64,000 bases of DNA from assembly GCA_963759005.1 (NCBI GenBank), contig CAVWXQ010000017.1, forward strand, positions 24,833 through 88,832, written 5' to 3'. Origin of the DNA: an uncultured Gammaproteobacteria bacterium (GTDB taxonomy: Bacteria > Pseudomonadota > Gammaproteobacteria > SZUA-229). A model generated the notes under the pieces. That model worked only from the letters and a program-made list of their open reading frames with translations, had not been told where the DNA came from and did not search any database. This document shows positions 35,926 to 45,804 of this stretch, piece by piece. The position numbers and the translations under genes were made by a program. Each line of letters begins with the position of its first letter. Position 1 is the stretch's first letter.

Positions 35926-36690
35926 TCACATTTTTTCTAAGGTATAAATATCATACCGAGTTTTTTTGCTTTTTATGCAGGTATTAGGCGCTTTTTGGTT
36001 AATGGTTTCCGCATGCAGGGGCCGTTTTACGACCACGCGTTTTTTTGCGTATAACAGCGCGTTCTTAAACAGCTGTGAGCTTATATCATTATTACCGTGC
36101 AGCCGTTGCAGAATTTGCATATCTTTTTTGACAAGCGCAGATTTTTTTCGATCGGGGTACATGGGATCGATATAAATTACATCAGGTTTAGGGCTGTTTC
36201 TGGCCAGTTGCTGAGTGATAAAGTCGCTCGCGTCTGCATTGATGACGTTAAACCCCTGTTCGAGAATGCTTTGAAACTTTTCGCTGAGTGATGCCCGTTC
36301 AACGGCGTCTGCAATCAGCGCAAAGATTATTGGCGAGCGCTCGATCAACGTAATCGGGCAACCAAGGCTGGCCAGAACGAATGCGTCGCCGGCGAGGCCT
36401 GCCGTGGTATCAAGTATCACGGGCGTGATGCCGGATTTTAAGCCCATGGCTTTGGCTATTGCCTGGCCACGCCCACCGCCATACTGTTGTCTGTGTGCCA
36501 GTGGACCTTTGAGGAAGTCAATGGATATCGTGGTGTTTAATTCACTATCAAATAATTCAATCAGGTCATCATGATATATAAGCTGTAAATCATAATGCTG
36601 GTTTTTTGTTTTCAGTAAAGGTAGTTTATTTAGCTCGCAGAAGTCCTTTGCCTGTTGTAGGCGTATCTTTGAAAAACAGACAACAGCTAT
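35926..36690 (-). CDS. rsmJ: 16S rRNA (guanine1516-N2)-methyltransferase; upstream start codon unclear
   Basis: DTTAGLAGDAFVLA and VVVKRP blocks. The frame stays open upstream of the first ATG (36447) to 36714 and encodes RsmJ-like N-terminal sequence (..IAVVCFSK...GPLAHRQQYGGGRGQAIAKA), but contains no ATG/GTG/TTG. Confidence 0.7.
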   Translation of the reverse strand: MAVVCFSKIRLQQAKDFCELNKLPLLKTKNQHYDLQLIYHDDLIELFDSELNTTISIDFLKGPLAHRQQYGGGRGQAIAKAMGLKSGITPVILDTTAGLAGDAFVLASLGCPITLIERSPIIFALIADAVERASLSEKFQSILEQGFNVINADASDFITQQLARNSPKPDVIYIDPMYPDRKKSALVKKDMQILQRLHGNNDISSQLFKNALLYAKKRVVVKRPLHAETINQKAPNTCIKSKKTRYDIYTLEKM

Positions 36691-36766
36691 TGAGACCGGG
36701 TTTGAAATCGTTACTTACCTGTTATATTACTGCTGCAGAATGATGAAGCACCCTTGATGACCTGTT

Positions 36767-37582
36767 ATGATACCTGATATGGGAAAATATATTGATATTG
36801 GTGTAAATTTAACTGCTAGTTCGTTTAAAAAAGATTTGCCACAGGTTATTGAAAGAGCACAGCAAGTTGGTGTCGAGCGCTTCATTGTTACTGGCACAGA
36901 TATCGGGCATAGTGAACAGGCGATTGCTCTGGCAGAGCAGTATGAATCAATATGTTTTTCCACAGCTGGCTTGCATCCTCACCATGCCAGTGACTATTCT
37001 CAAGATCTGGCAAGTGAACTGCGTGATATGCTAAAGAGTAAAAATGTTGTTGCTGTTGGCGAGTGCGGTCTGGATTTTAATCGGAACTTTTCAACTCGTA
37101 AGGAACAGATAAGAGCATTTGAAGCGCAACTTGAGATAGCCATTGATACACAAAAACCGCTATTTTTACATCAGCGTGATGCACATGCCGATTTTATTTC
37201 GATTTTAAAAGGCTGCCGTGATGAGCTGAGTCAACTGGTCGCCCATTGTTTTACTGGTAGTATCGAAGAAGTTAATGATTGTGTAACATTGGACATGTAT
37301 ATTGGTGTGACCGGCTGGATCTGCGATGAGAGGCGTGGTTTGTCTTTGCAGCAGGCAGTAAAATATATACCGCTGGACAGAATAATGCTGGAAACAGATG
37401 CGCCTTATTTATTACCACGAGACTTGCTGGAAAAACCTGTTGCAAAAAATCGAAATGAACCCTGTTATCTTCCGCATATAGCGAGGTCTGTAGCACAATA
37501 TATGGAACTGGAAGAAGTGCAATTAATAACTGCAGCATATGATAATAGTCGTGAGTTTTTTGGTATAAAATACTTGTCTTAA
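36767..37582 (+). CDS. tatD: TatD family deoxyribonuclease/hydrolase
   Basis: IDIGVNL, GECGLDF, HCFTG and ETDAPYL motifs. The start may instead be MGKY at 36779. Confidence 0.85.
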   Translation: MIPDMGKYIDIGVNLTASSFKKDLPQVIERAQQVGVERFIVTGTDIGHSEQAIALAEQYESICFSTAGLHPHHASDYSQDLASELRDMLKSKNVVAVGECGLDFNRNFSTRKEQIRAFEAQLEIAIDTQKPLFLHQRDAHADFISILKGCRDELSQLVAHCFTGSIEEVNDCVTLDMYIGVTGWICDERRGLSLQQAVKYIPLDRIMLETDAPYLLPRDLLEKPVAKNRNEPCYLPHIARSVAQYMELEEVQLITAAYDNSREFFGIKYLS

Positions 37583-37649
37583 ATATTGGAGCAAAGGCAT
37601 TGGATCGAAAAGCAACGGATAAGATATTGAAACATTCAACTCACCTGTT

Positions 37650-38363
37650 TTGTTAAGTGCATTACTTGGTAGCATGCGTGACTTGCTGCCTATTGTTCTG
37701 GTTATTGCTTTTTTTCAGTTATTTGTTATACAGCAGCCACTCGACAATGTACTGCAAATTTTTATCGGTTTGATTTTTGTTGTGCTGGGACTGACGTTTT
37801 TTATATTTGGACTGGAGCAGGGTTTGTTTCCTATTGGTGAATCCATGGCGCATGCTTTTGCCGATAAAGGAAGTGTTTTCTGGTTGCTGACTTTTGCTTT
37901 TGCACTGGGTTTTGGTACCACGGTAGCGGAACCTGCATTGATTGCAGTGGCAGAAGAAGCTTCGGAAGTGGCAGCCAGGCAGGGGCTAATCGCAATTACC
38001 GAGCAGGCAATGGGAGATTATGCAACCGGCTTACGTTATACCGTTGCTTTTTCAGTGGGTACTGCAATTGCGCTCGGTGTTTTACGCATTTTAATAAACT
38101 GGCCGATTCATTACATGATTATGGCTGGTTATGTCCTGGTTATCGTGATGACGGGATTTGCGCCTGATGAAATTATTGGTATTGCTTATGATTCTGGCGG
38201 TGTAACGACTTCAACAATAACGGTGCCTCTGGTGACCGCGCTGGGTATAGGGCTGGCTTCATCAATTAGTGGGCGTAATCCGATGGTGGATGGTTTTGGA
38301 TTGATTGCTTTCGCTTCATTGTTACCCATTGTTTTCGTGCTTGCCTATGGCATGGTGATTTAA
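37650..38363 (+). CDS. DUF1538 family membrane protein (subunit A)
   Basis: Multi-pass membrane protein with [12 protein letters not shown] and [17 protein letters not shown] blocks. TTG start in the ORF track. Confidence 0.75.
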   Translation: MLSALLGSMRDLLPIVLVIAFFQLFVIQQPLDNVLQIFIGLIFVVLGLTFFIFGLEQGLFPIGESMAHAFADKGSVFWLLTFAFALGFGTTVAEPALIAVAEEASEVAARQGLIAITEQAMGDYATGLRYTVAFSVGTAIALGVLRILINWPIHYMIMAGYVLVIVMTGFAPDEIIGIAYDSGGVTTSTITVPLVTALGIGLASSISGRNPMVDGFGLIAFASLLPIVFVLAYGMVI

Positions 38364-39177
38364 TGCAGTTTATACGACTTACCGGCGCTTTTGCTATTTC
38401 AACTTTTTTCGACATCCTTCCGATTGCTATTATCATTTTCGGTTTTCAGTTTTTAGTCATTCGAAAACAGATTAAGAATCTTAAAAAAGTTTTAATGGGA
38501 ATGTTATATGTATTAATCGGCATTACTTTTTTTCTGCTGGGACTGGAAGAAGCATTGTTTCCTGTCGGACGCAGTATGGCTGCTGCAATTAACAAATCCT
38601 GAGTTTTTACAAAGCGTGCGAATTAGCGTTGGGGAGTTGCAGTTGGCAGGATTATTACTGGGTCTATATTTTTGCTTTTGCTAGTCGGTGCGGGTACCAC
38701 GATTGCAGAACCCGCATTAATTGCTGTTGCGATGAAAGCAAATGAAGTTTCAGGTGGTGCTATTGGTGTATGGGGATTGCGAGTAGCGGTGGCGATCGGC
38801 GTTGCGACTGGCATGGCTCTTGGGGAGCTATCGAATCGTTGTTGGTGCGCCGATGCATTATTTTATTATTGTTGGTTATGTCATTGTGGTTATACAGACA
38901 TTTTTATCACCAAAATTAATTGTGCCACTGGCTTATGACTCTGGTGGTGTAGACAACATCGACCGTTACGGTGCCCCTGGTGACGGCATTAGGATTGGGT
39001 CTGGCAGAAACAGTACCGGGAAGAAGTCCGTTGATTGATGGTTTTGGTTTAATTGCATTTGCCTGTTTGTGCCCGATAATTTCTGTCATGGCTTACGCGC
39101 AATTATCAGAGTTTAAAGATGCACGTGCTTTAAAGAAACAGGCTAAACAAGATGATTTTTATTCGAAACAAAAGTAA
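38363..39177 (+). pseudogene. DUF1538 family membrane protein (subunit B), fragmented by at least five +1 frame steps
   Basis: Paralog-like segments sit in successive frames: MQFIRL...GRSMAA (frame 2), QLTNPEFLQS.. (0), DYYWVYIFAFA (1), [25 protein letters not shown] (2), SYRIVVGAPMHYFIIVGY..AYDSGGV (0), ..[22 protein letters not shown].. (1). Confidence 0.75.
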
Positions 39178-39254
39178 ACAGGATTAACACTGATGGATAT
39201 TACGGTACATTAATATTATACAACTGTCTATGTAATGATTAGGGGGCTTATATC

Positions 39255-39605
39255 ATGCATTTTAAATTGATAATCACTTTTGTTGAGGACTCAAAAACCA
39301 TGGCGGTTATGAATGCGGCAAGAGATGCGGGTGCTACAGGAGCCACGGTTATAAATAATGCGCGAGGCGAAGGGCTGGCGCAGAAGAAAACATTTTTTGG
39401 TTTGTCGTTAGAGACACAACGTGATGTTATTCTGCTATTAGTAGAAGAACATCTGAGTCGGCATATTATTGAAAAAATTGCCGAGGTGGGAGAATTTGAA
39501 GAACGACCCGGCACGGGTATTGCTATTCAAATTGATGTGGAAGATGCTGTAGGTGTAGCGCATCAAATAGAAAAATTAGCTGATGTAGTGGAGGCTGAAT
39601 TATGA
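39255..39605 (+). CDS. P-II (GlnB-like) family protein
   Basis: 116-aa protein with P-II-like beta-alpha-beta repeats (KLIITFV...GATGATVINNARGEG...). Overlaps the next gene by 4 nt. Confidence 0.7.
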   Translation: MHFKLIITFVEDSKTMAVMNAARDAGATGATVINNARGEGLAQKKTFFGLSLETQRDVILLLVEEHLSRHIIEKIAEVGEFEERPGTGIAIQIDVEDAVGVAHQIEKLADVVEAEL

Positions 39606-40009
39606 TCAATTCAGAAAATAAACTTATTCGCGTACGCGAAGTGATGAAGAAACAGTTTGACTTAATTGATGGGCGTGTGACGGTCATGGAAGCACTGCGT
39701 ACCATGAGACATGTTGAAACCAAATCGTTGATTGTGGATAAAAGACATGATGATGATGAGTACGGTATGGTATTAATATCCGATATTGCAAAAAAAGTAT
39801 TGGCTAAGGACCGATCACCGGACCGAATTAATGTTTATGAAATTATGACGAAGCCGTTATTGACAGTCGATCCTGATATGGATATCCGTTATTGTGCGCG
39901 CTATTTTGAAGAATTTGATCTGTCTCGTGCACCAGTAGTAGAAAACAGAAAGGTTATTGGTATTATTAGTTTTACTGATATGGTATTGAAGGGCCTGGTC
40001 AACTTCTAA
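39602..40009 (+). CDS. CBS-pair domain protein
   Basis: Two CBS motifs (VREVM...LIVDK; IMTKPLLTV...APVVENRKVIGIISFTD). Confidence 0.8.
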   Translation: MINSENKLIRVREVMKKQFDLIDGRVTVMEALRTMRHVETKSLIVDKRHDDDEYGMVLISDIAKKVLAKDRSPDRINVYEIMTKPLLTVDPDMDIRYCARYFEEFDLSRAPVVENRKVIGIISFTDMVLKGLVNF

Positions 40010-40112
40010 AAGATCATCAATTCAAGGCACAATTGTTCAGGCATGATCAGGCAGACTAGCCATAATTTGACGGTTTAGCAACGCCATGTGTTTCACCGCG
40101 ACTTTGCTCACG

Positions 40113-40967
40113 TTACTGATCGTGTTTTTCGGCAGCCTGTAATGTATTGCGAATTAACATGGCAACCGTCATTGGTCCAACTCCACCGGGCACGGGTGTT
40201 ATCCACGCTGCACGTTTGGCCGCTGCCTCAAAATCTACGTCACCGGTTAGTTTGCCATTTGGCAATCGATTGATGCCTACATCAATTACTGTGGCACCGT
40301 GTTTTACCCATTCGCCTTTTACAATGTCGGGTTTACCGACAGCCACGATGAGGATATCTGCGTCTGCTACATAAGAAGACAGGTTTTTAGTAAAACGATG
40401 GGTCACGGTTACAGTTGCACCGGCCAGCAGTAATTCCAGGTTCATCGGACGGCCAACAATGTTTGAAGCACCAACAACGACGGCATGCCTACCCTTAAAT
40501 GTTTCGCCGATAGTTTCTAGCATGTGAATCACACCATGTGGCGTGCATGGGCGCAGTGTCGGCATACGCTGTGCCAGTCGACCTATATTATATGGGTGGA
40601 AACCATCAACGTCTTTATCCGGGTGAATGGCTTCTAACACCAGGGTGTCATCAAAATGCGATGGCAGTGGAAGTTGCACCAGAATGCCATCGATAGTTGC
40701 ATCATTATTTAATTCTTCAATCAGATTTAATAAGCTTTGCTGGTCAGTTTTCTCATCAAGGTTATATGATTTAGAAATCAAACCCGCTTCATCACAGGCT
40801 TCACGTTTCTTTCTAACATAAACCTGTGAGGCATGGTCAAGTCCAACAAGAATTACCGCTAAACCGGGTGCACGTTGATTATTTTTAACTCGCTGTTCAA
40901 TATCAAGGCGGACCTGGTTTCTAACGTCTGCGGCTATGGCTTTGCCATCAATGATTTGTGCTGACAT
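40113..40967 (-). CDS. folD: bifunctional methylenetetrahydrofolate dehydrogenase/cyclohydrolase
   Basis: Start taken at [12 protein letters not shown] (40967). VGRPM and [11 protein letters not shown] motifs. Confidence 0.9.
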   Translation of the reverse strand: MSAQIIDGKAIAADVRNQVRLDIEQRVKNNQRAPGLAVILVGLDHASQVYVRKKREACDEAGLISKSYNLDEKTDQQSLLNLIEELNNDATIDGILVQLPLPSHFDDTLVLEAIHPDKDVDGFHPYNIGRLAQRMPTLRPCTPHGVIHMLETIGETFKGRHAVVVGASNIVGRPMNLELLLAGATVTVTHRFTKNLSSYVADADILIVAVGKPDIVKGEWVKHGATVIDVGINRLPNGKLTGDVDFEAAAKRAAWITPVPGGVGPMTVAMLIRNTLQAAEKHDQ

Positions 40968-41151
40968 GTTGTTTTTAATATGTTTGAGAAAGGCTGATTT
41001 TCGCATGCAAAATATAGATACCACAAGCTGCAAATAGAGTCTTGACCATCGTGTAAGCACAGCGTATTATTCCCCGCCTCTTGATTCGTGTGAAAACTCG
41101 ATTTTCGCATTGCTGGCAATTTATGTTTTTGCGGTATGTTCAGGAGAATGT

Positions 41152-41228
41152 CGGGGTATAGCGCAGTCTGGTAGCGCGCCTGCTTTGGGAGCAGGATGTC
41201 GGGAGTTCGAATCTCTCTACCCCGACCA
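41152..41228 (+). tRNA. tRNA-Pro (anticodon UGG)
   Basis: Cloverleaf foldable by eye: acceptor CGGGGTA/TACCCCG, anticodon loop TTTGGGA, encoded CCA. Confidence 0.9.
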
Positions 41229-41392
41229 AATAATAGAACTGGTTACGATGGATATGTGGCTAGAAGATGGTGTGGCAGTTTAACGCTGATCAGGGAAAGA
41301 GATTTGAACGTGCGTAGCGCGGACCCAGGGGCGAAGGGCGGGAGCCTGGAATAACCCTGCCAGCAAGAAGAGACGCCAGATATAGAAATTCT

Positions 41393-41469
41393 GCGCCTGT
41401 AGCTCACTCGGATAGAGCATCGGCCTTCTAAGCCGAGGGTAGCAGGTTCGAATCCTGCCAGGCGCACCA
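41393..41469 (+). tRNA. tRNA-Arg (anticodon UCU)
   Basis: Acceptor GCGCCTG/CAGGCGC, anticodon loop CTTCTAA, T-arm GGTTCGAATCC, CCA. Confidence 0.9.
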
Positions 41470-41493
41470 GGTAGTGTATATTTAAGAATTATG

Positions 41494-41569
41494 GTGGACG
41501 TAGCTCAGTTGGTAGAGTCCCGGATTGTGATTCCGGTCGTCGTGGGTTCGAGCCCCATCGTCCACCCCA
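41494..41569 (+). tRNA. tRNA-His (anticodon GUG)
   Basis: Extra G-1 paired with C73, anticodon loop TTGTGAT, CCA. Confidence 0.9.
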
Positions 41570-41815
41570 TAACAAGTTCAAAAAGAGCAATGCTCTTGAT
41601 AGAGTGAAATAAGTGAGTGTTGTTGACTCAGTTGCAGAGCAGGGGGGCTCTTGATTTCTGTTCGGGTTTCTAGCCTGAGCGCCTCATCATAATGTTTTAT
41701 GCTAAAAGTCTGATTGTAATGAGTTTTGCAGGCAAAACCTGTACGGCCATGGTCGCATCGTGGCGCAAGGAGACAGGAAGTCGATGCGATTATTTGTTAA
41801 TATCAGCATCTTATT

Positions 41816-41899
<84 letters not shown>

Positions 41900-42121
41900 A
41901 TTTATTCTTTGAGTGATCTGTTTTTTTGTGATAACTCAATTGGAGAACTTTGCACGAAGCATCTTTTTCGCTATGGTAGCGATAAAATTGGTCTCAAAAA
42001 TGCGGGGCTACACAGTGGAAAACTGTGAATAAACTGCGCTTTTCGACACATTGCCTTGCCATGACAAAAAATCTACATCGTACAAATCCCTCTCTTAGTC
42101 TTAAAATTTATCGAGGTAATT

Positions 42122-43408
42122 ATGCAAGTTTCAGTTGAAGCAGGCGAAGGTTTAGAGCGTAAAGTAACCGTTCAGGTACCTGCAGAAACCGTCGAGTTAG
42201 AAGTTAACAATCGACTGAATTCTTTGAAAAATACTGTCCGAATAGACGGATTTCGCCCGGGCAAGGTCCCCCTGAAAGTTATCAGGCAGAAATACTCTGG
42301 AACGATTTTACAGGAAGTTGCTGGTGAGTTAATGCAGAGCACTTTTCGTGAAGCGTTAACACAGGAAAATCTTAAACCGGCGGGTGATCCTCAGATACAG
42401 GCTGAAGATCTTGTTTTGGGTCAGGTAATGGAATATACCGCGACATTTGAAGTGTATCCTAAAGTAGCGCTTGCACCTGTAGCCGATCTATCCATAGAAA
42501 AAATTGAGACCAGTGTTGAAGATGCTGATGTAGATAACATGATCGATGTTTTGCGTAAACAAAAAATGGATTGGGTGGAAGTTGATCGTGTCTCAGCTGA
42601 TGAAGATCAAATCACTATCGATTTTGTTGGTAGCGTTGACGGTGAAAAATTTGATGGTGGCACTGCCAATGACATGTCCATGGTTTTAGGAGCAGGTCAG
42701 ATGATTCCCGGCTTTGAAGAGCATTTAACGGGATTAAAAGCGGGCGAAGAAACAACCTTTAAAGTAAGCTTTCCTGACGATTATGCGGCAAAAGATCTGG
42801 CCGGTAAAGAAGCTGAATTTGCCGTAACCATTAAAAAAGTAGAGGAGCCAAAACTGCCTGAAATTAATGAAGATTTCGCAAAAGCATTTGGTGTTGAGAG
42901 TGGCGATGTAGAGCAGCTCAAATCTGAAATTAAAGCTAACATGGAGCGCGAACTAGGCAGACGTTTACGAACTTTATTAAAAGAAAAAGTGATGGATGCA
43001 TTAATTAGTGCAAACCCAGTCGATGTGCCTTCAGCGATAGTTGCGCAGGAGGCGGAAACACTGAAAAAGCAGACTGAAGTGCAGGCACCAGGCAGCAATC
43101 GGACAATCGATTCATTTATGGATGATGCAAAACGCCGTGTTCAATTAGGTATGGTGCTGGCAGAGGTGGCTAAAATATCAGGATTAAATATCAATGCTGA
43201 TATGGTTAAGTCACGCATTGAAGATATGGCTAAAGATTATGACGATGCTGACGAATTTATTCGTTACTACATGAGTAATCATGAGCTACTGCGAGGTGTT
43301 GAAACGCTGGTAATGGAAGATGCTGTTGTTGACTGGGTGGCAGAACAGGCTAAAGTTACTGTTGTTAATAGTAGTTTTGATGAAGTGATGAACCCCGAAG
43401 GCAAGTAA
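42122..43408 (+). CDS. tig: trigger factor
   Basis: Full-length Tig (GFRPGKVP motif, FKBP-type middle domain) upstream of clpP-clpX-lon. Confidence 0.95.
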   Translation: MQVSVEAGEGLERKVTVQVPAETVELEVNNRLNSLKNTVRIDGFRPGKVPLKVIRQKYSGTILQEVAGELMQSTFREALTQENLKPAGDPQIQAEDLVLGQVMEYTATFEVYPKVALAPVADLSIEKIETSVEDADVDNMIDVLRKQKMDWVEVDRVSADEDQITIDFVGSVDGEKFDGGTANDMSMVLGAGQMIPGFEEHLTGLKAGEETTFKVSFPDDYAAKDLAGKEAEFAVTIKKVEEPKLPEINEDFAKAFGVESGDVEQLKSEIKANMERELGRRLRTLLKEKVMDALISANPVDVPSAIVAQEAETLKKQTEVQAPGSNRTIDSFMDDAKRRVQLGMVLAEVAKISGLNINADMVKSRIEDMAKDYDDADEFIRYYMSNHELLRGVETLVMEDAVVDWVAEQAKVTVVNSSFDEVMNPEGK

Positions 43409-43455
43409 GGGGAGCAGATTAATAACGTAAGTGTTTAATTACAAGGTCAACAATA

Positions 43456-44082
43456 ATGGTAAATAATAGTAATAATAATGGTGTCATAGAGGCGCAATCA
43501 TTAAATCTGGTTCCTATGGTGATAGAGCAGACTCCACGTGGAGAGCGTTCTTATGACATCTATTCTCGTCTTCTTAAAGAACGCGTAATATTTATCGTCG
43601 GCCAGGTTGAAGATCACATGGCAAATCTTGTTGTCGCGCAGCTGTTGTTTTTAGAATCAGAAAACCCGGATAAGGACATTTCTTTGTATATCAATTCACC
43701 AGGTGGGTCGGTAACTGCAGGGCTGGCAATATACGATACCATGCAATTCATTAAACCGGATATCAGTACATTATGTATTGGTCAGGCGGCCAGTATGGGA
43801 GCTATATTGTTAGCTGCAGGCACCAAAGGCAAACGTTATTCTTTACCGCATTCTCGTGTCATGATTCATCAGCCTCTTGGTGGTTATCAGGGGCAGGCGA
43901 TGGATATTGAGATCCATGCCAAAGAAATTTTAAAAATTCGAGAACAATTAAACCAGCTGTTAGCAAATCATACCGGGCAAAGCATAGAGACCATTGATAA
44001 AGATACTGAGCGAGATAATTTCATGGGTGCGGACACAGCGGTTGAGTATGGACTTGTCGACGAAGTGTTGAAAACACGTTAA
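43456..44082 (+). CDS. clpP: ATP-dependent Clp protease proteolytic subunit
   Basis: Catalytic Ser (GQAASMGA) and His (MIHQP) contexts. Confidence 0.95.
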   Translation: MVNNSNNNGVIEAQSLNLVPMVIEQTPRGERSYDIYSRLLKERVIFIVGQVEDHMANLVVAQLLFLESENPDKDISLYINSPGGSVTAGLAIYDTMQFIKPDISTLCIGQAASMGAILLAAGTKGKRYSLPHSRVMIHQPLGGYQGQAMDIEIHAKEILKIREQLNQLLANHTGQSIETIDKDTERDNFMGADTAVEYGLVDEVLKTR

Positions 44083-44380
44083 ACGTCCCTATATTAGTTA
44101 CATATAGTGATCTCTGGTCGATTATTAACCAGTTTTGATATCTGTTTGTCTTTGCTTTAAGATGCGATTTTGTGAGATCAGCAGCAAAAAATGGAATATT
44201 TTCCTGATTTTTTTCTGATAGTTAGTGTAAACCATGCGTGAATACTGTCTATACGCTATTGTTTTAGGTAATTAGCGATATTTGCGGTGATATTTTTACC
44301 GATTTCGTGTAAATTACTTGAAAGATTGCTTACGAATTGGCAAGGTTAAGGTCATACCATGATGTGTTGAGAGATAGTTT

Positions 44381-45664
44381 ATGAGCGACGATAGAAAAAC
44401 CACAGGCAATGATTCTGAAAAACTTCTTTATTGCTCCTTTTGCGGCAAAAGTCAGCATGAGGTAAAAAAGTTAATTGCAGGGCCATCTGTTTATGTTTGT
44501 GACGAATGTGTCGAATTATGTAACGACATTATACTCGAAGAGCTAGAAGACGAGGCCAGCACGGCTGTCAAAAAGCTGCCAACACCGCATGAAATTAAAG
44601 CTATTCTCGACGACTATGTTATTGGTCAGGAAACAGCCAAGAAGATCCTTTCAGTCGCTGTTTATAATCACTATAAACGGCTTGAAGTAAAACATAAAAA
44701 AGACGATATCGAATTATCCAAAAGCAATATTTTAATGATTGGGCCGACAGGTTCAGGTAAAACCCTGCTTGCTGAGACTCTAGCAAGACTGTTAGATGTA
44801 CCGTTTACCATTGCTGATGCGACGACATTGACCGAAGCCGGTTATGTTGGCGAAGATGTCGAAAATATAATCCAGAAACTATTGCAGAAATGTGACTATG
44901 ATGTTGATAAAGCACAAACAGGTATTGTGTATATCGATGAAATAGATAAGATTTCACGCAAATCGGATAATCCTTCGATAACACGCGATGTCTCGGGTGA
45001 AGGTGTGCAGCAGGCATTGTTGAAACTGATTGAAGGCACGGTGGCATCGGTTCCTCCACAAGGTGGACGCAAACATCCGCAACAGGAATTCTTGCAGGTA
45101 GATACATCTAATATTTTATTTATATGTGGCGGTGCGTTTGCAGGGCTTGATAAGGTTATTCGCCATCGCTCAGAAAAAGGCGGTATAGGTTTTGGCGCTG
45201 AGGTTAGAACAAAAGAAGAAGAACGTAAGGCGCATGAAGTAATCAATGAGCTGGAAGCAGATGATTTAATAACTTACGGGTTAATTCCCGAGTTTGTAGG
45301 TCGTTTACCTGTGGTAGCGACACTTGAAGAACTTGATGAAGATGCACTGGTAACGATTTTGACGCAACCTAAAAATGCCTTAACTAAACAGTATGGGAAA
45401 ATGATAGAAATGGAAGGCAGTGAGCTTGAGCTTAGAGATGAAGCATTGCATGCGATTGCCAAAAAAGCAATGGAACGTAAAACTGGTGCACGCGGTTTGC
45501 GTACAATACTTGAGAATATATTGTTAGACACCATGTACGACTTGCCATCATTAGAAGGTGTATCAAGAGTTGTGATAGATGAAACGGTGGTTGAAGGCAG
45601 TAACCGGCCTTATCTGGTGTATGAGGGTGGCGAGCCACAGAAGTTGAGTCAGGAAAATAAATAA
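44381..45664 (+). CDS. clpX: ATP-dependent Clp protease ATP-binding subunit
   Basis: Zinc-finger CSFCGK...CDEC and Walker A GPTGSGKT. Confidence 0.95.
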   Translation: MSDDRKTTGNDSEKLLYCSFCGKSQHEVKKLIAGPSVYVCDECVELCNDIILEELEDEASTAVKKLPTPHEIKAILDDYVIGQETAKKILSVAVYNHYKRLEVKHKKDDIELSKSNILMIGPTGSGKTLLAETLARLLDVPFTIADATTLTEAGYVGEDVENIIQKLLQKCDYDVDKAQTGIVYIDEIDKISRKSDNPSITRDVSGEGVQQALLKLIEGTVASVPPQGGRKHPQQEFLQVDTSNILFICGGAFAGLDKVIRHRSEKGGIGFGAEVRTKEEERKAHEVINELEADDLITYGLIPEFVGRLPVVATLEELDEDALVTILTQPKNALTKQYGKMIEMEGSELELRDEALHAIAKKAMERKTGARGLRTILENILLDTMYDLPSLEGVSRVVIDETVVEGSNRPYLVYEGGEPQKLSQENK

Positions 45665-45804
45665 ATTGGAAAACAGTATCTTGCAATAAGAAACAGGGGT
45701 TTGTAACAAAAGTATCCTTTTATAAAATAAATTATCTAAATGTCACTTGAAAAGCTTTGCATTTGTCTACACTTACTACTAACTGATAAAAATTAGAGGT
45801 AGCC

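Noticed and set aside
41243-41467. 74-aa minus-strand ORF in the tRNA cluster
   Set aside because: It overlaps tRNA-Arg in antisense and has no SD. It is a typical spurious ORF across a structured RNA gene. The same applies to 41822-42028, which overlaps tRNA-Leu.
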